Origin: Clostridium sp.
GTDB lineage: Bacteria > Bacillota > Clostridia > Lachnospirales > Lachnospiraceae
DNA: 64,000 nucleotides
Assembly: GCA_021770825.1 (NCBI GenBank)
Contig: JAETQD010000010.1
Coordinates: forward strand, 62,227 to 126,226
Reading direction: 5' to 3'
Shown here: piece by piece, positions 9,544 to 19,656 of the stretch
Layout of the letters: every line of letters begins with the position of its first letter
Position numbering within the stretch: the stretch's first letter is position 1
The notes under the pieces: model-generated
The model's input: the letters and a program-made list of their open reading frames with translations, nothing else
Database searches by the model: none
What the model was told of the DNA's origin: nothing
Translations under genes and position numbers: made by a program

Positions 9544-11007
9544 TTACATTTTCTCTCCCGGAACCACAGGAACTGCGCCCTCGGGAACCGGACAGAAATA
9601 TCCGCCGTAGCGTTTCATCTTCTTTTCGTACTCGTCTTTGGCTTCCTTTAATACCTCCGGCTTTTCGATCAGGTCAATGGCTGTGGCCGCAAGAATCTTT
9701 CCTGCTGCCAGCATGCCCTTATGGGCGATGGAGGTATGTCCGCAGGATACATTCTGCCAGGAATGACCAGGTGCCTGGGCCGGATAGGTGGCTGTGTTGA
9801 TCTGGGCTGTGGGAACACACCAGCTCACGTCACCCACGTCAGTGGAGCCCATTCTCTGCTTCTCGGAATAGTGGTAGGGAACCAGGAAATTGTTCATGGG
9901 TGTGGTGCCGTGGCAGGACTTCTCGTCCACAAAGTCATAGATTTCCTGGCTTTCACTGGTGGCCTCTCCCGGAAGGTCTGTGCTCTTCATTTCCACGGAA
10001 TCATAGATGGCCTTGGCATAGGCAAGCTCTTCCTCTGTGTAGGCGGGAAGGCCCACTTCACTGAAGTTCTCCCATAACAGGGATTCCAGCGTCTTGTTGG
10101 GAACGGTGTTGGAGCAGCCGTCGATGAATTTCTTTTCCATCTTTGTATCCGTCATCATGGAAGCTGCCAGAGCGATCTTATCCACTCTCTCCTGAAGTGC
10201 CAGGGCATCCTTGGCCCACACGGAACGCACCATGTAAAGCACCTGGGCTCTCGGCTGTACCACATTGGGGGAATCTCCGCCTGCGTCTGTGATGGAATAG
10301 TGGATTCTGGCGCCGTCCAGCATATGCTCCCGTAAGAACTGCACGCCGATGTTCATAAGCTCCACGGCATCCAGGGCGGAACGTCCCTTATCGGGAGCGC
10401 CTGCTGCATGGGAGGCAATTCCTGTAAATTTATACTCGGTCTGGATACAGGTGTTGCAGGTACCGGAGGTTACCTGGTTCACATTGCCGGGATGCCAGGT
10501 AAGGGCTGCATCACACTCGGCAAACACGCCGTCTCTTGCCATAAAGGCCTTGGTGGCAGCGCCTTCTTCACCGGGACAGCCGTAAAGGATGACCTTGCCG
10601 CTTCCCTCTCCCTTTTCCTCCAGATAGTGCTTAATGGCAAAGGCAGCCGCCATGGAGCCTGCGCCCAACAGGTTGTGGCCGCAGCCATGTCCGTTTCCGT
10701 TGGGAACCAGTTCCTTTCTCTCTGTGGAGCCTGCCACCTGGGAAAGTCCTGTGAGGGCATCGTACTCAGCCAGAATGCCGATCACCGGCTTACCGCTTCC
10801 ATAGGAAGCCCGGAATGCAGTCTCAATGTTGTTGAAGGGGTGCTCCACCTCGAAGCCCTCTTCCTTTAATACCTTCGCGTACAGATCTCCGGATTTATAT
10901 TCTCTTAAGGACAATTCTGCATAGCCCCAGATCTTATCGGATGTATCAATAATCACATCGGCCTTTTCATCAATATAGCCGAGAACCTTTTTCTTTTCCT
11001 CTGTCAT
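9544..11007 (-). CDS. M20 family amidohydrolase/peptidase (AbgB-like aminobenzoyl-glutamate hydrolase subunit B family)
   Basis: 487 aa. N-terminus resembles AbgB/amidohydrolase (…PVIGILAEYDAL…). M20 dimerisation region. GGGAGG before ATG. Confidence 0.7.
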   Translation of the reverse strand: MTEEKKKVLGYIDEKADVIIDTSDKIWGYAELSLREYKSGDLYAKVLKEEGFEVEHPFNNIETAFRASYGSGKPVIGILAEYDALTGLSQVAGSTERKELVPNGNGHGCGHNLLGAGSMAAAFAIKHYLEEKGEGSGKVILYGCPGEEGAATKAFMARDGVFAECDAALTWHPGNVNQVTSGTCNTCIQTEYKFTGIASHAAGAPDKGRSALDAVELMNIGVQFLREHMLDGARIHYSITDAGGDSPNVVQPRAQVLYMVRSVWAKDALALQERVDKIALAASMMTDTKMEKKFIDGCSNTVPNKTLESLLWENFSEVGLPAYTEEELAYAKAIYDSVEMKSTDLPGEATSESQEIYDFVDEKSCHGTTPMNNFLVPYHYSEKQRMGSTDVGDVSWCVPTAQINTATYPAQAPGHSWQNVSCGHTSIAHKGMLAAGKILAATAIDLIEKPEVLKEAKDEYEKKMKRYGGYFCPVPEGAVPVVPGEKM

Positions 11008-11020
11008 AGTCTGCCTCCCA

Positions 11021-11770
11021 TTAATATAATACCTTACTTAAGAATTCCTGTGTACGGGGATTCTGCGGATGGTTAAATACCTCATCAGGGCTGCCTTTTT
11101 CAGCAATGATTCCGCCGTCCATGAAAAATACCCGGTCAGAAATCTCTTTTGCAAATCCCATCTCATGGGTTACGATCACGGTGGTCATTCCGGTCTTCAC
11201 CAGGTCCTTGATAACATGGAGAACCTCTCCTACCATTTCCGGGTCCAGGGCCGATGTGGGCTCATCGAACAGCATCACATCCGGCTCCATGGCCAGGGCG
11301 CGTACAATGGCAAGACGCTGCTTCTGTCCGCCGGACAGCTTTTTGGGATACTGGTTGATCTTATCGTAAAGGCCAACCCGGTCCAAAAGCTCCTTCGCCA
11401 TTTCGTTTGCCTCCGCCTGGGTCTTCTTTCCGAGAAGCGTCGGGGCCAGGGTGATATTTTTTCCAACGGTCAGGTTGTTGAACACGTTAAAGTGCTGGAA
11501 CACCATTCCCATTTTCTGGCGGTGCAGGTTGATATCCACGTTTTTATCGGTGATATCCACCCCTTCAAAATAGATATGGCCGGAATTTGGCACCTCCAAA
11601 AGGTTTAAGCAGCGCAGAAAGGTACTTTTTCCGCCGCCGGAGGGTCCGATTACGGAAACTACCTCGCCTTTGGAAACATGCTCTGTCACGCCCTTTAACA
11701 CATGCAGGCTGCCGAATGATTTATGTAAGTCCTCCACACGGATGATTTCATTATTAGCGCTCACTTGCAT
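11021..11770 (-). CDS. Polar amino-acid ABC transporter ATP-binding protein (GlnQ/HisP-like)
   Basis: Walker [18 protein letters not shown] signature, 249 aa. Confidence 0.9.
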   Translation of the reverse strand: MQVSANNEIIRVEDLHKSFGSLHVLKGVTEHVSKGEVVSVIGPSGGGKSTFLRCLNLLEVPNSGHIYFEGVDITDKNVDINLHRQKMGMVFQHFNVFNNLTVGKNITLAPTLLGKKTQAEANEMAKELLDRVGLYDKINQYPKKLSGGQKQRLAIVRALAMEPDVMLFDEPTSALDPEMVGEVLHVIKDLVKTGMTTVIVTHEMGFAKEISDRVFFMDGGIIAEKGSPDEVFNHPQNPRTQEFLSKVLY

Positions 11771-12443
11771 TCATCCTCCTTTCAAGTAAAGCAATCAGCT
11801 TGGACAGAACAAATGTCACAAGGAAGTAGATAATGCCGACGATGGTAAGCGGTTCAAGAACACGGAAAGTAATGCCGTTGATGGTCTTGAACTGGGTCAT
11901 CAGCTCGCCGATAAAGAACGTGGAGGCCAGAGATGTCTCCTTGACGATGGCGATGAACTCGTTGCACAGGGCCGGAAGGATATTTTTTATGGCCTGGGGA
12001 ATGACAATATGAAGCATGGTCTGCCGTCCGTTTAAACCAAGGGAACGGGCTGCTTCCGTCTGTCCGATATCCACAGCCTGAATTCCTGCACGGACGATCT
12101 CACAGACATAGGCGGTGGAGTTTACACAGCAGGCGATCATAACACAGGTAAATTCGCTTAAGTCCATGAAGGGAAGCCACTGGGGCAGCATAAAATAGAA
12201 AAAATACAACTGTAAAAGAATCGGTGTGCCGCGGATAATTTCTACATAAACGGCAGCAATGGCGCTTAAGGGCTTAAAGTTTCCGATTCCCCAGTTACTG
12301 CGGCGCATCATTGCCATTAAAGAGCCGGATACGGTACTGATCAGTACGGTCAGGACACCCATGTACAATGTCATGCCCAGACCATGTAAAAACAGGGTGC
12401 TGTACTCGCTCCAGACCTTTCCCATTACCACAAAAAATTCCAT
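11754..12443 (-). CDS. Amino-acid ABC transporter permease (HisM/GlnP family)
   Basis: 229 aa, hydrophobic, EAA-like loop. Overlaps the ATPase start. Confidence 0.85.
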   Translation of the reverse strand: MEFFVVMGKVWSEYSTLFLHGLGMTLYMGVLTVLISTVSGSLMAMMRRSNWGIGNFKPLSAIAAVYVEIIRGTPILLQLYFFYFMLPQWLPFMDLSEFTCVMIACCVNSTAYVCEIVRAGIQAVDIGQTEAARSLGLNGRQTMLHIVIPQAIKNILPALCNEFIAIVKETSLASTFFIGELMTQFKTINGITFRVLEPLTIVGIIYFLVTFVLSKLIALLERRMNASER

Positions 12444-12522
12444 CTGGGAGTTCTCCTTTCATTAGCAGACAAAGGTCTTCCCTGGCTTTCGGGGAAGACC
12501 AATGTGTTATGTTTCTTACTTT

Positions 12523-13476
12523 TTAGTTGTTGTTGATGCCAAGCTTTTCAGCAAGAGCCTGAGCCTCTTCGGTCCACTGGAAATAAATACCGGACTCATT
12601 GACTTCTTCGATGATTTCGTTGACTGCATCGATTAACTCGGTCTCTTCCTTAGCCATCAGAACGATGTTTCCGTCATCCTCATGATCAAATTTGAACTCG
12701 GTCATTGCAAGCTCCGGATAAGACTTCATTAACATCTCACCGTTATCCCAGGATACTGCAAGGGCGTCTGCCTTACCTGTAATCAACATCATAACACCGT
12801 CTGTAACGGCTGTTACCGGCTGGAAGGTGATGTCCGACGGAAGCTGTGTGCTTACCAGGTTCTGCTGTAAGGAAGCGTTCTGTGCCAGAACCTTCTTGCC
12901 GGAGAAGTCTTCTGGTGTCTTATAAGCAGAAGCGTTTTCCTTAAGAACCAGACAGGTATGTCCCTTGTCGTCAGGCTGTACGTTGTAGAGAATGGAGGTT
13001 CCATAGCTCTTTGCACGTTCTTCTGTATATGCAAATCCGGAAATACCTGCGTCAATGGTGCCGGAAGCAACGGCCTGCTGGATGGCGGAGAATTCCATTG
13101 CCTTGATCTCCAGCTCTACGCCCAGCTTATCGGCGATATATTTTGCAAACTCCATATCGGAACCAACGTATTCGGTCTTTCCGGAGCTGACATCCTTAAA
13201 TTCCATGGGAGCGAAGTCCGGGGCGGTACCGATTACAAATTTTCCTGCTTTTAAAACCTTTGCAAGGCGGCAGTCCGGATCCAGTTCACCCTCTGCCTCT
13301 GCGGCTGTCTCAGCTTCCTTTGCTTCCTCTGTGGTTGTCTCTGCTGCGGCGGTTGTATCTGCGGCTGCTGTGGTTGCGGCTGCTGTGGTTGCTGCAGCTT
13401 CCTTACTTCCGGAACATCCCGTCATAGCCGCCATGGAAAATGCTGCTGCCATTGCAATAAATACACTCTTTTTCAT
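12523..13476 (-). CDS. Amino-acid ABC transporter substrate-binding lipoprotein with a Thr/Ala-rich linker
   Basis: MKKSVFIAMAAAFSMAAMTGCSGS lipobox. AAATTAAATTAAADTTAAAETTTEE linker. SBP_bac_3-like body. GGAGGAGAG ribosome-binding site. Confidence 0.8.
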   Translation of the reverse strand: MKKSVFIAMAAAFSMAAMTGCSGSKEAAATTAAATTAAADTTAAAETTTEEAKEAETAAEAEGELDPDCRLAKVLKAGKFVIGTAPDFAPMEFKDVSSGKTEYVGSDMEFAKYIADKLGVELEIKAMEFSAIQQAVASGTIDAGISGFAYTEERAKSYGTSILYNVQPDDKGHTCLVLKENASAYKTPEDFSGKKVLAQNASLQQNLVSTQLPSDITFQPVTAVTDGVMMLITGKADALAVSWDNGEMLMKSYPELAMTEFKFDHEDDGNIVLMAKEETELIDAVNEIIEEVNESGIYFQWTEEAQALAEKLGINNN

Positions 13477-13672
13477 AATTCTCTCCTCCGATTTATATAC
13501 TGGATACATCTGTATGTTGTATCTCTGTGATGGTATGCATTATAATGCATAAATATTCTTTTGTAAAGTATTTTTTTTAGTTTTTATACATTTTTATGCA
13601 TCTTTTTACTTTTTTATACAGATGTATCCTGGTTCTTATGCAGTTTTACCATTTTATCGGGGAGAATCATTC

Positions 13673-16600
13673 TTATATCTTTGCAATATCAATGAGCGTT
13701 AATTCCTGGGCGCGGTTTTCCATGCTGGTCACCAGCGCTCTGGCCGTGTCGATGGCCGTGAGAACCGTAACGCCTGTTTCGATGGCGTTTCTGCGGATGA
13801 TGAATCCGTCATGGCTTCTCTCGGCACCCTGGGCCGGAATATCAATGACCAGATCGATTTCATGGCCTAAAATCAAATCCAGAACGTTGGGGGATTCCTG
13901 CTCAATCTTACGGATGGGGATGGTCACCACACCGTTCGCATATAAGTATCTGGCCGTTCCGTTGGTACAGAAAATCCGGTAGCCCTGGGACTTGAATCTT
14001 CTGGCAATGTCCACCATCTCCTCCTTGTCAGAGTCGCGGACTGTGATAATCATATTCTTATACTTGGGAAGCTTGATTCCTGCCCCCTGGAAGGCCTTAT
14101 AAAGGGCTTCGTTGAAGGTCTTTGCAATTCCCAGACACTCTCCTGTGGACTTCATCTCCGGTCCCAGGCTGATGTCGGCGCCGCGGATTTTCTCAAAGGA
14201 GAACACAGGCATCTTGATTGCAAAGTAGTCGGCTTCCTTCTGAAGACCCGGAGTATAACCCAGCTCTCTTATGGTGTGGCCGCAGATGATCTGGGTTGCC
14301 AGAGGTACAATGGGGATTCCTGTCACCTTGCTGATATAGGGAACGGTTCTGGAGGAACGGGGATTTACCTCGATGATGTAAACATCCTCTCCGTCCACAA
14401 TGAACTGGATGTTGATCATTCCCTTTACATGAAGGGCCCGCGCCAGCTTTTCGGTATAGTCCACGATGGTCCGCTTGTTGCCTTCGGTAATACTCTGGGC
14501 CGGATATACGGAAATACTGTCGCCGGAATGGATTCCGGTACGCTCAATGTGTTCCATGATGCCGGGAATCAGGATGTCGGTGCCGTCACAGATGGCATCC
14601 ACCTCGATCTCCTTGCCCATGATATACTTATCCACCAGAATCGGGTGCTCCTGGGCGATCTGGTTGATAATTCCGATGAACTCGTCAATGTCCTCATCGT
14701 TGATGGCAATCTGCATGCCCTGGCCGCCCAGCACGTAGGACGGACGCACCAGAACCGGATACCCCAGCTCTCTGGCTGCTTCCTTGGCTTCCTCGGCCGT
14801 AAAGACCGTATGTCCCTTGGGTCTCGGAATCTCACACTGTTCCAGAATCTTATCAAATAATTCCCTGTCCTCGGCCGCATCCACGTCTTCGGCTGCTGTT
14901 CCAAGAATCGGAACGCCCATCTTCATCAGGGCCTCGGTCAGCTTAATGGCTGTCTGGCCGCCGAACTGCACCACGGCTCCGTCCGGTTTTTCAATGTCCA
15001 CAATGCTCTCCACGTCCTCGGGAGTCAAGGGCTCAAAGTACAGCTTGTCTGCAATGTCGAAGTCCGTACTTACGGTCTCCGGGTTGTTGTTGACGATGAT
15101 GGTCTCATAGCCCTCTTTTTCAAAGGCCCATGTGCTGTGAACGGAGCAGAAGTCGAACTCGATTCCCTGGCCGATACGGATGGGACCGGAGCCTAAAACC
15201 AGCACCTTCTTTCTGTCTGTGGTGCCGTCTGCCTCGTTTTCACTGCCAAAGCAGGAGTAATAATAGGGGGTCTCAGCGGCAAACTCGGCGGCACAGGTAT
15301 CCACCATCTTATAAGCGGCGCGGATGCCGTTTGCATGGCGCATGGCCTTAAGCTCCTCCTGGGAGATTCCGGTGAGACGCGCAATCACATTGTCCGGGAA
15401 TTCGATTCTCTTGGCTTCCTTTAAAAGTTCCGGAGTCAGGTTCTTTCCCGCATCCTTTAAGGCCTGCTCCATTTCCACCAGAACGGCCAGCTTGTCGATG
15501 AACCAGATGTCAATTTTTGTGATGGAGTGAATCAGCTCGTAGTCGAAGCCGCGGCGCAGGGCCTCGGCAATGACCCAGATTCTTCTGTCGTCCACCTTCT
15601 TTAATTCTTCCTTCAACTGGGCTGTGGTAAGTCCGCTGTAATCGTAGGATAAAAGGCTGTCCACATGCTGCTCCAGAGAGCGGATGGCCTTCATAAGGCC
15701 GCCCTCAAAGCTGGTGCAGATACTCATGACCTCACCGGTGGCCTTCATCTGGGTTCCCAGACTCCTCTTGGCGCTTATGAACTTATCAAAGGGCAAGCGG
15801 GGCATTTTCACCACCACATAGTCCAGCATGGGCTCAAAGCTTGCATATGTTTTCTTTGTAACGGCATTTTTAATTTCGTCCAGGGTGTAACCTAAGGCAA
15901 TCTTTGCGGCCACCTTGGCGATGGGGTAGCCGGTGGCCTTGGAGGCCAGGGCAGACGAACGGCTCACACGGGGGTTTACCTCAATGACGCAGTACTCAAA
16001 GCTTTCCGGATGGAGGGCATACTGCACGTTGCAGCCGCCTGTGATTCCAAGCTCGGTAATGATCTTTAAGGCAGAGGTACGGAGCATCTGGTACTCCTTA
16101 TCTCCCAGGGTCTGGGACGGAGCCACCACGATGGAGTCTCCGGTGTGAACGCCCACCGGGTCAATGTTTTCCATATTACAAACGGTAATCACGTTTCCTG
16201 CTCCGTCACGCATTACCTCATACTCGATTTCCTTCCATCCGGCGATGCAGCGCTCCACCAGCACCTGGCCCACACGAGAAAGCCGCAGGCCGTTTTCCAG
16301 GATTTCTGCACACTGCTCCGGGTTTTCTGCAATTCCGCCGCCGGAACCGCCCAGGGTGTAGGCCGGACGGAGCACCACCGGGTAACCGATCTTTGCAGCC
16401 ACAGCCAGGCCGTCCTGGATGTTTTCCACGATCTCGGAGGGAGCCACCGGCTCGCCGATCTTTTCCATGGTCTCCTTGAACATTTCCCTGTCCTCGGCCT
16501 TTTTGATGGTCAGGGCTGTGGTTCCGATGAGACGCACATTGTATTTTTTAAGAACTCCGGCTTCCTCCAACTCCATAGCCAGGTTAAGACCTGCCTGTCC

Positions 16601-16873
16601 GCCTAAGGTGGGGAGGACGCTGTCGGGCTGTTCCTTCATGATTAACCGTTCCACCACTTCTGTGGTCAGAGGCTCGATATAAACCCGGTCTGCAATATCT
16701 TTATCGGTCATGATGGTGGCCGGGTTGGAGTTTAAAAGCACCACCTCAATGCCCTCCTCCTTTAAGGAGCGGCATGCCTGGGTTCCTGCATAGTCAAATT
16801 CTGCGGCCTGTCCGATGATGATGGGACCGGACCCGATCACAAGCACTTTTTTGATATCTGGATTCTTTGGCAT
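13673..16873 (-). CDS. carB: Carbamoyl-phosphate synthase large subunit
   Basis: 1066 aa with duplicated ATP-grasp halves and a C-terminal MGS-like domain. Unmistakable CarB sequence (…GPIIIGQAAEFDYAGTQAC…). Confidence 0.95.
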   Translation of the reverse strand: MPKNPDIKKVLVIGSGPIIIGQAAEFDYAGTQACRSLKEEGIEVVLLNSNPATIMTDKDIADRVYIEPLTTEVVERLIMKEQPDSVLPTLGGQAGLNLAMELEEAGVLKKYNVRLIGTTALTIKKAEDREMFKETMEKIGEPVAPSEIVENIQDGLAVAAKIGYPVVLRPAYTLGGSGGGIAENPEQCAEILENGLRLSRVGQVLVERCIAGWKEIEYEVMRDGAGNVITVCNMENIDPVGVHTGDSIVVAPSQTLGDKEYQMLRTSALKIITELGITGGCNVQYALHPESFEYCVIEVNPRVSRSSALASKATGYPIAKVAAKIALGYTLDEIKNAVTKKTYASFEPMLDYVVVKMPRLPFDKFISAKRSLGTQMKATGEVMSICTSFEGGLMKAIRSLEQHVDSLLSYDYSGLTTAQLKEELKKVDDRRIWVIAEALRRGFDYELIHSITKIDIWFIDKLAVLVEMEQALKDAGKNLTPELLKEAKRIEFPDNVIARLTGISQEELKAMRHANGIRAAYKMVDTCAAEFAAETPYYYSCFGSENEADGTTDRKKVLVLGSGPIRIGQGIEFDFCSVHSTWAFEKEGYETIIVNNNPETVSTDFDIADKLYFEPLTPEDVESIVDIEKPDGAVVQFGGQTAIKLTEALMKMGVPILGTAAEDVDAAEDRELFDKILEQCEIPRPKGHTVFTAEEAKEAARELGYPVLVRPSYVLGGQGMQIAINDEDIDEFIGIINQIAQEHPILVDKYIMGKEIEVDAICDGTDILIPGIMEHIERTGIHSGDSISVYPAQSITEGNKRTIVDYTEKLARALHVKGMINIQFIVDGEDVYIIEVNPRSSRTVPYISKVTGIPIVPLATQIICGHTIRELGYTPGLQKEADYFAIKMPVFSFEKIRGADISLGPEMKSTGECLGIAKTFNEALYKAFQGAGIKLPKYKNMIITVRDSDKEEMVDIARRFKSQGYRIFCTNGTARYLYANGVVTIPIRKIEQESPNVLDLILGHEIDLVIDIPAQGAERSHDGFIIRRNAIETGVTVLTAIDTARALVTSMENRAQELTLIDIAKI

Positions 16874-17946
16874 TAGTTTTTCTCCTCCATCATACGAATA
16901 AAGCGGTCAAAGAGGTATCCGGAATCCTGAGGTCCCGGGCATGCCTCCGGGTGATACTGTACGGTAAAAATATTCTTTCCCACATATTTAAGACCTTCGT
17001 TGGTCCTGTCGTTGACATTGATAAAGGCCGGAACTGCCACCTTCGGATCCAGGCTCTCCTCGTCCACGGCATAGCCATGGTTCTGGGATGTTATGTAAAC
17101 TCTTCCTGTCTCCAAATCCTTCACCGGATGGTTGCCGCCCCGGTGGCCGTACTTTAATTTGTAGGTCTTTGCACCGGTGGCCAGGGCCATAAGCTGGTGT
17201 CCGAGGCAGATGGCAAAAATCGGTACATCGGACTCATAGAGCTTTCTTACTTCCTTAATGATTTCCACATTCTCCGCCGGGTCTCCGGGGCCGTTGGAAA
17301 GCATGATTCCGTCGGGATTTGTCTTTAAAATTTCTTCTGCCGGGGTATCGGCCGGATAAACCGTAACCTCACAGCCCCTCTTTGCCAGATTGCGGGCGAT
17401 GTTGTTCTTTGCACCGCAGTCCAAAAGAGCCACTTTCTTTCCGTCTCCCGGAATCACATAGGGTTCCTTCACAGTTGTTTTTAATACCACGCCCGTCACA
17501 GTGTATTCCCGGATCCGTCTGGTCACTTCCTCCAGGTCATAATTGCCGTTGGTGGTAATCATACCATTCATGGTTCCTTTTTCTCTTAATATTTTTGTGA
17601 GGGCTCTTGTATCGATACCGCTGATACCTGGAATGTCTTGCTCTTCTAAGAAATGATTGATGGTGTCCCCGCTTCTGAAATTGCTGGGAATTCTGGATAA
17701 TTCTCTGACAATATAGCCGTCCGGCCATGCACATTTGGATTCCATATCCTCACGGCAAATACCGTAATTTCCAATTAACGGATAAGTCATTACCACAGCC
17801 TGTCCAGCATAGGACGGATCGGTAAGGACTTCCAAATAACCGGTCATGGATGTATTAAACACAATTTCGCTGATTACTTCCCTGGCAGAACCGATGCTTG
17901 TTCCTTCAAACACAGTTCCGTCTTCCAGTATTAAATATGCCTTCAT
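16873..17946 (-). CDS. carA: Carbamoyl-phosphate synthase small subunit (glutamine amidotransferase)
   Basis: MKAYLILEDGTVFEG… N-terminal CPSase small-chain domain plus GATase (…ICLGHQL…). Its TAA stop overlaps the carB ATG (TAATG). Confidence 0.9.
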   Translation of the reverse strand: MKAYLILEDGTVFEGTSIGSAREVISEIVFNTSMTGYLEVLTDPSYAGQAVVMTYPLIGNYGICREDMESKCAWPDGYIVRELSRIPSNFRSGDTINHFLEEQDIPGISGIDTRALTKILREKGTMNGMITTNGNYDLEEVTRRIREYTVTGVVLKTTVKEPYVIPGDGKKVALLDCGAKNNIARNLAKRGCEVTVYPADTPAEEILKTNPDGIMLSNGPGDPAENVEIIKEVRKLYESDVPIFAICLGHQLMALATGAKTYKLKYGHRGGNHPVKDLETGRVYITSQNHGYAVDEESLDPKVAVPAFINVNDRTNEGLKYVGKNIFTVQYHPEACPGPQDSGYLFDRFIRMMEEKN

Positions 17947-18063
17947 GACGCCACCCTTTCTTTTTTCTCTGCGGGTCCCTCTGATTTTGACCCAAATTTT
18001 CACTATTCTATCATGACTTCCACATTTTTTCAACTGGTATTTTCACTTTTTTTCCGGATGGCC

Positions 18064-18112
18064 TTTAAAAAGGAAGTCGTCCGGCAGACTTTCCGGCTGC
18101 CGGACGGCTTCC
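18064..18112 (-). terminator. Long GC-rich hairpin plus T-run downstream of cotJC
   Basis: Inverted repeat gaagtcgtccggcag...ctgccggacggcttc followed by a T-run on the minus strand. Confidence 0.4.
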
Positions 18113-18121
18113 TCATCCCTG

Positions 18122-18733
18122 TTATGACTTCACAAACTGTTTGTCAAACTCCGGATTGAAATAATAATAGTTATTGGCTGACAGATCCCACTTGATTTTT
18201 TCAAGGGCCTCGCCGAACCGCTGGAAATGGACCACCTCCCTGGCCCGCAAAAACTTAAGGGGTTCCCGCACCTCCGGATTCTCAATAACCCGGATCAGAT
18301 TTTCATAGGTGCTCCGGGCTTTTTGTTCCGCAGCCAGGTCTTCAAAAAGGTCCGTGATGGCATCGCCCTTACTCTGGAATTCACAGGCATTGAAGGGAAC
18401 TCCGGCCGCCGCTGTGGGCCAGAGGCCAGTGGTATGGTCCACGTAATAAGCGTCAAATCCGGCGGTCTTTGCCTGCTCCGGCGTGAGATTTTTGGTTAGC
18501 TGGTAAACCATGGCGCAGATGATCTCCAGGTGTCCCAGCTCCTCCGTGCCGATGTCCGTTAAAAGGCCGCCCACTTCCTTGCAAGGCATGGTATATCTCT
18601 GGGACAGATACCGCATGGAGGCCGCCAGCTCCCCATCGGGTCCGCCAAACTGGCTGATGATGAGGGATGCTGTTTTCGGACATGGTTTCGTGATATTCAC
18701 AGGATACTGAAGTCGTTTTTCATAATTCCACAT
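18122..18733 (-). CDS. cotJC: Spore coat protein CotJC (manganese catalase family)
   Basis: 203 aa with Mn-catalase/ferritin-like motifs (…TEELGHLEIIC…). Last gene of a cotJA-JB-JC arrangement. Confidence 0.85.
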   Translation of the reverse strand: MWNYEKRLQYPVNITKPCPKTASLIISQFGGPDGELAASMRYLSQRYTMPCKEVGGLLTDIGTEELGHLEIICAMVYQLTKNLTPEQAKTAGFDAYYVDHTTGLWPTAAAGVPFNACEFQSKGDAITDLFEDLAAEQKARSTYENLIRVIENPEVREPLKFLRAREVVHFQRFGEALEKIKWDLSANNYYYFNPEFDKQFVKS

Positions 18734-19039
18734 TTAAACAATTCCCCCTTCCCACGGCATCGGTCCGTCTCCCCAGGTGAAATGTTTCTGCCCCGGGTAT
18801 TTCGTGAGACTGTCTGTCCGGTTGTTGGTATCCGGGCAGACGCAGTCCATGGTCAGCGGTTCAAACTCTCCGGCGTAGGCCTCCAAAAGCTTCTTTCTCT
18901 GGTTCATAAGGTTGGAAAAGCACTTTAAGGCCTCCTGGTCCGTGGGATGGGTATCCAGATACAGGGTCAGATCGTTGATGGCGAAGCTGACTTCACCGAT
19001 TTCCTTCAATGACTTTGTGCGGTCAGCCATGGATTCCAC
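18734..19039 (-). CDS. cotJB: Spore coat protein CotJB
   Basis: INDLTLYLDTHPTDQEALKCF matches the CotJB signature (…LTLYLDTHP.DQEA…). The start could be M1 or M4. Confidence 0.75.
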   Translation of the reverse strand: MESMADRTKSLKEIGEVSFAINDLTLYLDTHPTDQEALKCFSNLMNQRKKLLEAYAGEFEPLTMDCVCPDTNNRTDSLTKYPGQKHFTWGDGPMPWEGGIV

Positions 19040-19220
19040 CTCCCGTTCTGTCGTCCGTCACATAAAACGGTTTGTTCAGTCCCGGAAATATGGTTCCCTG
19101 CTTTATGGCTGTTTCCGGCTCATAGGGTTCCTCCCAGGGCTCCATGGGAACTGACGCCATGGCAAGCACCAGAGACTCCGGCGCTTCTTTCTTACATGTG
19201 CAAAAATCCATCGTCAACAC
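19023..19220 (-). CDS. cotJA: Spore coat-associated protein CotJA
   Basis: 65 aa. …VPMEPWEEPYEPETAIKQGTIFPGLNKPF matches the CotJA pattern (VP.Q.W...Y....AL..GT.FPEL..PF). Confidence 0.7.
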   Translation of the reverse strand: MLTMDFCTCKKEAPESLVLAMASVPMEPWEEPYEPETAIKQGTIFPGLNKPFYVTDDRTGGGIHG

Positions 19221-19331
19221 TCCTTTCAGGATTTTTCCCTTTGATGGGCTTCCCTTTCAGTATGTGTCTCTGATGGATTTTCACGCCGGATGGTTTCTGT
19301 AAATGAAACCAGCCGTCTCCTGCTTTTCCTT

Positions 19332-19481
19332 TTATTTTTCGTTTTCTTTCACGATGTCTTCCAGAACGCGAATCAGGTCATGAATGGTGTTGATGGACTC
19401 GCCGCGCTCTAAAATCACTGCCTTCAAGTCTGCGGACAGGGTATCAAATTTATCCTGTACCTTGGGAGAAATATATGACAT
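19332..19481 (-). CDS. Small hypothetical protein (49 aa, helical)
   Basis: MSYISPKVQDKFDTLSADLKAVILERGESINTIHDLIRVLEDIVKENEK with GAGGTGA 7 nt upstream. Family not recognised. Confidence 0.3.
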   Translation of the reverse strand: MSYISPKVQDKFDTLSADLKAVILERGESINTIHDLIRVLEDIVKENEK

Positions 19482-19656
19482 AGCAATCACCTCATCCCAT
19501 ATTGTGTGCCTCATAACTGATTTTATACCTTTTTATACCTGGCTGGACATGTCTTCCTCCGTTTCCAGTTCTTCCCTAGGGCCATGGATGGAATTGTATG
19601 GTATGATTGTTTTGTAACATTTTTGTAATATTTATGTAATCTTAGGAGGAATTGCC

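Noticed and set aside
13055-13552. 165-aa (+) ORF antisense to the amino-acid binding-protein gene
   Set aside because: It overlaps a strongly supported lipoprotein CDS and its low-complexity Ala/Ser/Val run mirrors the T/A-rich linker.
14276-16682. Multiple 60-200 aa ORFs on both strands inside carB
   Set aside because: carB is unambiguous and continuous (1066 aa). The internal ORFs lack ribosome-binding sites and homology.
19221-19331. sigmaE-type promoter for cotJABC
   Set aside because: Only a partial CATACT -10-like element was found and there is no convincing -35 (ATATT) at 14-bp spacing. It is not reported as a feature.
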